A stretch of 64,000 bases of DNA from Macrostomum lignano (lineage: Eukaryota). Each line of letters begins with the position of its first letter. Positions within the stretch are counted from its first letter, which is position 1. Shown piece after piece: positions 59,211-64,000 of this stretch. A program made the translations under genes and the position numbers. A model generated the notes under the pieces. That model was not told where the DNA came from. It ran no database searches and saw only the letters and a program-made list of their open reading frames with translations. Location of the stretch: assembly GCA_002269645.1 (NCBI GenBank), contig NIVC01001651.1, forward strand, positions 186,001-250,000, in the 5' to 3' direction.

Positions 59211-60917
59211 TTTCGTAAATAGAAAAGTCGATCCCTTATAATGTCAATTTCTAAACTCTGTAAATGACAGTAACCATACTGCCCCATACTTTTGATGTGG
59301 CCGCAGCCTTCTGCTGCAAGCATAGGGCCGCAGTCACATCTTAGGCACTGTGTCCGCTGCTAGTATCTGGAATAGGAATTTTCTGCTGCCTCCATGCACT
59401 CTAAGCAGCCCTCCTTGGCGCTCAGAAGTTGCACAATATGGCGCAATCTTTAACATAGGAAATTAGGAAGTTTTGCCTAGCCTAGGGTTAGTTAGTGGAA
59501 GCCGCCAAATTTGGCGCTTGCCTGTACTGTTGTTGCCTGGCCTGCCGCGTACAATCGCTCAGTGTACGCAAGTCTAGTTAGCCGCACTCCTCCCCCGTGC
59601 GCTCTCTGGACCCTTCCCCTTCTGCTCTCTCGTTCCTCCTGCGTCCGAGCCTCTCCCCATGCGTCATTCTATTTTTAGACTGAGGGTTTCGCGGACCCCG
59701 TGTCCCGAGCTGAACCCTCCCTCACGTGCTGCCTTGTGCGCACAAGCCCAAATTTGGCATGCTATTGTCACTAGTGGCTTGAGGCGACTGTCGGCGCTTC
59801 GTACAAGCTACTTTCTCCCCCATGTTTAATCAATATCTGTTGTGCATCATTATCCGCACTTTTCGGGCTGCAGTTCCATGGTCAAGCCACGGAATGCCCA
59901 AACGCTCCACCCTCCGCGTTCTATATTAACGAATGCAGGCCCGCTTGTCTGATTTTTCCTCAGAACCGCCTCGTGAGGACTTGTCGAGAGCTTTCTCCAA
60001 GTCTAGCGCTCTAGCGCCGGTTAACAGCGAAGCAAAGCTCCTGAGCAGGTCTTGGTAGAGCTATAAGCATCGCTAAGCAGCTGCAAGCTCCTGAGCAGGT
60101 CTTGGTAGAGCATTGCAGCGCTCAAGCAGAAAGCACGCTCCTGAGCAGGTCTTGGTAGAGCATTGCTAGTGCTATAGCTCTGGTTTTCCAGCCTACCCTA
60201 TTGGCAGGAAATCAGTTAGCTGAAGCCATTCTGCTAGTGTCTATTCGCGACACAGGCGCGAATAAGAGTGAGTGAGTGTGCAGTCGCAGCACTCGTGCGC
60301 GATTCTAAGAATAGTTGTTAGTTTATAGGCCTAGAGTCTATTGCTGCTTCAGGCGCATAGACCTATTTCCTCGCCGCCCATCTGCGCGAGACGTAGCTAT
60401 TAGGTTAGTGGGAGTTAGGGGTCCTCTGAGAGCTAAACTCAGACACGCTCAAGCGCGGACATTTGTCAGTGCCAGGACTGCGCCGCTCAGGCCATTTGCT
60501 ACCATTGAGTCCTGTCACTTGGACATTGAAATATCTGAGACTAGTTGTTCTAGCGTTATTTATTTGCGTGGAGCCCAAACAGACCCCTTCATTGCGGATC
60601 CTACGGTTCCCACGCTGGTGGCAGCACTACCCTTAATTTTAGATTTCTCCCCAGTCTCAGTCCCCATAAGTATAACCGCTAAGACCGCCCCGGCCAATAG
60701 CAGTCCACCTAGTTCTATCCCGGGCAGTAAAGCGAGTTATTACACTTTACTAAATGCACTTTACATTTCAATGTTCTCACATCTCATCTTTGCTTTCTGT
60801 TCTTTTTCCAGTCTCCATCTCTCTTTATCTATCTATCTCTCGCCATCTGTCTATCTGTCCGTCTCTCTGGTTGTGTGTGTTATTCGAGCACTAGAGGTGT
60901 TTTCTTTTTCATTTCAG

Positions 60918-62719
60918 TTGCGAATCACGAACCGCGATAGGACGCTGAAGAAGCTGTTGAATGCTTCAACGGTGGAGGCCTTGCTGCTGCAGGGTTGCAC
61001 TAAGTTGGGCATCGAGTTGGTCGATGGAATTCGAATCGTTACTTCGATTTGAGGTCGACGATGACGAATTTCTTCCAGACTTGAGCAACCGTGGCGACGA
61101 CCTAGTTTTTCTTCTACCGGATGAATTCCTTCTCGTGGACAATTTGGCGTCAGCACCGAGTGATGGTGCAGCGGCATCGAGCAGTGGGGCGGCGGCATCG
61201 AGCGGTGCGACGGCATCTGCACTGGACTGGCCTCTGGTCTATGTGCTGCCATCAATGCCAGGGCTGGAAGCCTCTCTGCAGGACCTCCGGCGCAATCCGA
61301 AGCGAGGATCAGACTACAAATTGTAGGCGCCTTTTGTCAACCGATTTTGAAGCACATCATGAACGACGTTTTTGACAAATACAAAACGGTCGACGACCCG
61401 TACCTTAAAGGTGCCCAGATTCACGGCATTTGCCTTGCTATCATCGCATCCTTTCCTGGTTTGCGCGACGACACAGAGGACGGGTGCATGTTTTGGAGAA
61501 TGGAAATCCGTCGCCGTTTGAAGGAGATGCGGAGCAAAATTCTGCCGGAGTGCAGCAGCCCCTACGTCCTGGAGATTCGTCGGAAGCATGGGCGCAAACG
61601 CAAGGCGACTGAGATTGATACCCAGCATCCAAGAACCGCACAGCTGATAGCAGCAAGGAGGCGAGAGACGGGGAAGATAGCAATGCTGACGACAGCGAAG
61701 AGGAAAGTGACAACGATCAGCCGGTGGCGAAGCGACATCATCTCGATGACGCCCCTAGTGTCGGGGCCAGCAGCACCGCAAAGAGCATTTACCTTGGCGA
61801 GCCTGGCGATTTGTCCCAGCACGAAGCAGCACGCATCCGTCTTAACGAGACTTTTGACAATATGCAGATTGAAGACGTGTGCGATGCTATGAGGGAGCTC
61901 TTCCTCGATAGAGCGTTGCGCTGTCAGGAGCTGACTGTGGAGGATGAGCTGGAGTTATATAGGCCGCTCTGCCTTGCTCCTGTCCTACTTCAAGAGGCCT
62001 ACCTAATGATCGAGCTTTACAACAGCAAACGGAAGGCTGACTACGTTCTTTCAGGTTCGCCAAAAGACCTAGCAGTGAACATCCGCACTGCTCTGCTTCG
62101 TGTCTGGGACAAGCGATCCACTATGCAGCGCTTCCAGCACTGCAAGCCATTCGTTGGAGCTGTGGAGGATGAAGAGCAAAAGCTGGCACATGCGGTCTGC
62201 ATACTCCTGGGCCGAATGAAGTGCGAGCCAGCCAAGATATTTTCCTCGGAGCTGCCCGTTAGCATTGTACGAGATGGCAGTTTGTGGTGCGGCGTTTCTG
62301 TCAACGGCGGCGAGCTGCGATTTGAGTCTAACTCAGAAGCAATAGTCTCATTCATATTGGTCTTTATCGTATTTAATCTGCAGCACCTGCCATGCCTGGA
62401 GGCCTTTCTCGAAGCAATAGAAGTATTAGCTGGCCTTCGCCGGCGGTCTGCCGTTACTCGGACCATGGCTGCAACTGCAGTTGATTTCCACAGATGCTCG
62501 CATTATATTGGGGAAGAGCTATGTGGTGCAGCATATAGTCTTTGGCAAGGTCCATCCATGGACGATACTGCAATAAAATTCGTCAAAACTGCGATAGATT
62601 TTGGCAGATCTATTGCAAACACAAAACGTTTAATTCTTGCTTGCGTGCGAGTGAGATGTCAGTTTGATTATGTGAGCACGCAGTGCCTGCCGAAATCAAT
62701 TGGAGATGTGCCGAAATAA
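60918..62719 (+). pseudogene. Frameshifted ORF with CIDE-N-like N-terminus and SAMD3-like (transposon-accessory-type) body
   Basis: LRITNRDRTLKKLLNASTVEALLLQGCTKLGI...EVDDDEFLPDL...LVFL fits the CIDE-N pattern. IIASFPGLRDDTEDGCMFWRMEIRRRLKEMR and MRELFLDRA...LELYRPL resemble SAMD3-like proteins. About three frameshifts. Confidence 0.5.
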
Positions 62720-64000
62720 AAAGCAAAATGGTATAAACAGTTCGTGCAATGGGTGAGATGCAGCACGAATTTTTTTATCGCGCGACTGCGATTTTTTTCT
62801 GGTCAGGTAGCCAATTTTGTCGGACCAACGGGTATGAAAAGTAGGTTTGACTATTGTTGCATTACGATCTTTTTAAAAATTCAACGAAGTATAGTTTTTA
62901 ACTTGAACATTATACTATAGACGTATACAGGCGGACCAAAAACTGAGAGCGAGAGTGAGAAAAAAACATGGAAACTGATGCTACAAGAGTTCTGTAAAAT
63001 GTACCAACAAAAAGGTCTCCTATCCGCTGTTTCACCTATTTGCCATGCATGATCTATTCTTTTGGTGCTGCACTATTTATTTTTCTAAAATCTTGGTTGT
63101 CACAGTGCTGTCAACATGTGCTTATTTGATATTAATTATTTATGAAACCATAAATACTTAGTTTCTCAAGTTCGACAATATACAAATCCTATGGCTATAT
63201 TTAAGCCAATAGGTACGCTTAAGAGCCAACAGAAGACAGCTGAGTCATAATGCTATTGGAATTTAAATGAAAACAGGCATACTGGTTTGAGCCTTTCATT
63301 TTTTGCTTCGATGCACCTCAAAAATTGGTATTGGAGAAAATCGGACCTCTCGCTGACATTCGGACCCCTTAACCATAGAGGTCCGTATATGGCTACGCTT
63401 CGGACCTTCATTTGGACCTCCAGCGTACCTTTTTTCGGACCTCTACAATTTACAGTGTAGGACAATCAGGCAAGGGAAGCCACGCCAGAAAGAATAGATT
63501 AGAAAATCCGATTATCGAATTAGAATCTGAAGAAGAAAGCTCTGATGTGTGTGTGCCATCGGTGCAGCCTCAGACCCCGGCCGTCAGCATGCAAGCAGCC
63601 TCGATAGCTCCACCAAGAAGCCGCCGGCTGCAGTATCCAATGGCTCTGGGGGGGGGGGCAGATTTTTCTGCAGTGCTGCGAGAAGTCCCGAGTCACCTTC
63701 AAGCGCCTTACAAGCAGGCCATCATGAACAACAACAACAACAAGTTACGCCCTAGGGTCGATGTTGGGCGTCACAGGTCGCGCCTCAGAGCACGGGAGCG
63801 GAGAAAGGCCGGTCCACCGGCCTGGTCGGGGGCGCCAGCATCGGCCAGCAGGCAGTCCGGATACCGCCGAGTGTGCGCCTGCCACCGCCGGAAGGGCGCC
63901 GGGAGCGCAAGCAGCAGCGTCTCCTGCGCCGGCTCGGGGCATTACGCCTCAGCGCGGATGAGGTGGCCTGCCAGCTAAAGCCGCCGGCGGCGGAGCAGAT

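Noticed and set aside
59500-60745. Solo LTR
   Set aside because: It has LTR-like composition and a ...TTACA end, but no defensible 5' boundary or TSD.
63412-64000. GC-rich ORF at the window end
   Set aside because: No recognisable motif, several overlapping frames, and truncated by the window edge.

Overview
Eukaryotic, repeat-dense genomic DNA. It is probably from an invertebrate animal; the composition and ~70-nt introns are compatible with a flatworm such as Macrostomum, but that is inference only. The key feature is an apparently young 9,410-bp element (8040-17449). It has 895-bp terminal inverted repeats starting ACTACT and a 6-bp target-site duplication (GTGGTC). It encodes a Polinton/Maverick-type protein-primed DNA polymerase B split by six spliceosomal introns, a tandem PC4-like ssDNA-binding protein and one acidic orphan protein. 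No integrase, packaging ATPase, protease or capsid gene was recognisable. It therefore looks like a minimal self-synthesizing element that needs a helper or a second genome segment. It inserted into a PHD-finger ORF whose frame is restored by joining the flanks. A second large element (21151-32020) has ~1.9-kb TIRs, a 5-bp TSD, a KDZ/Zisupton-like transposase and a convergent HMG-box gene. The rest is hAT-type MITEs, LTR/PBS remnants, LINE and SINE fragments, minisatellites and CT-rich tracts. Likely cellular genes are SARAF, the 3' exons of a RasGRP-like gene and an uncharacterised multi-exon gene. A CIDE-N/SAMD3-like ORF may belong to a transposon. All protein assignments come from motif recognition by eye; no database search was run.
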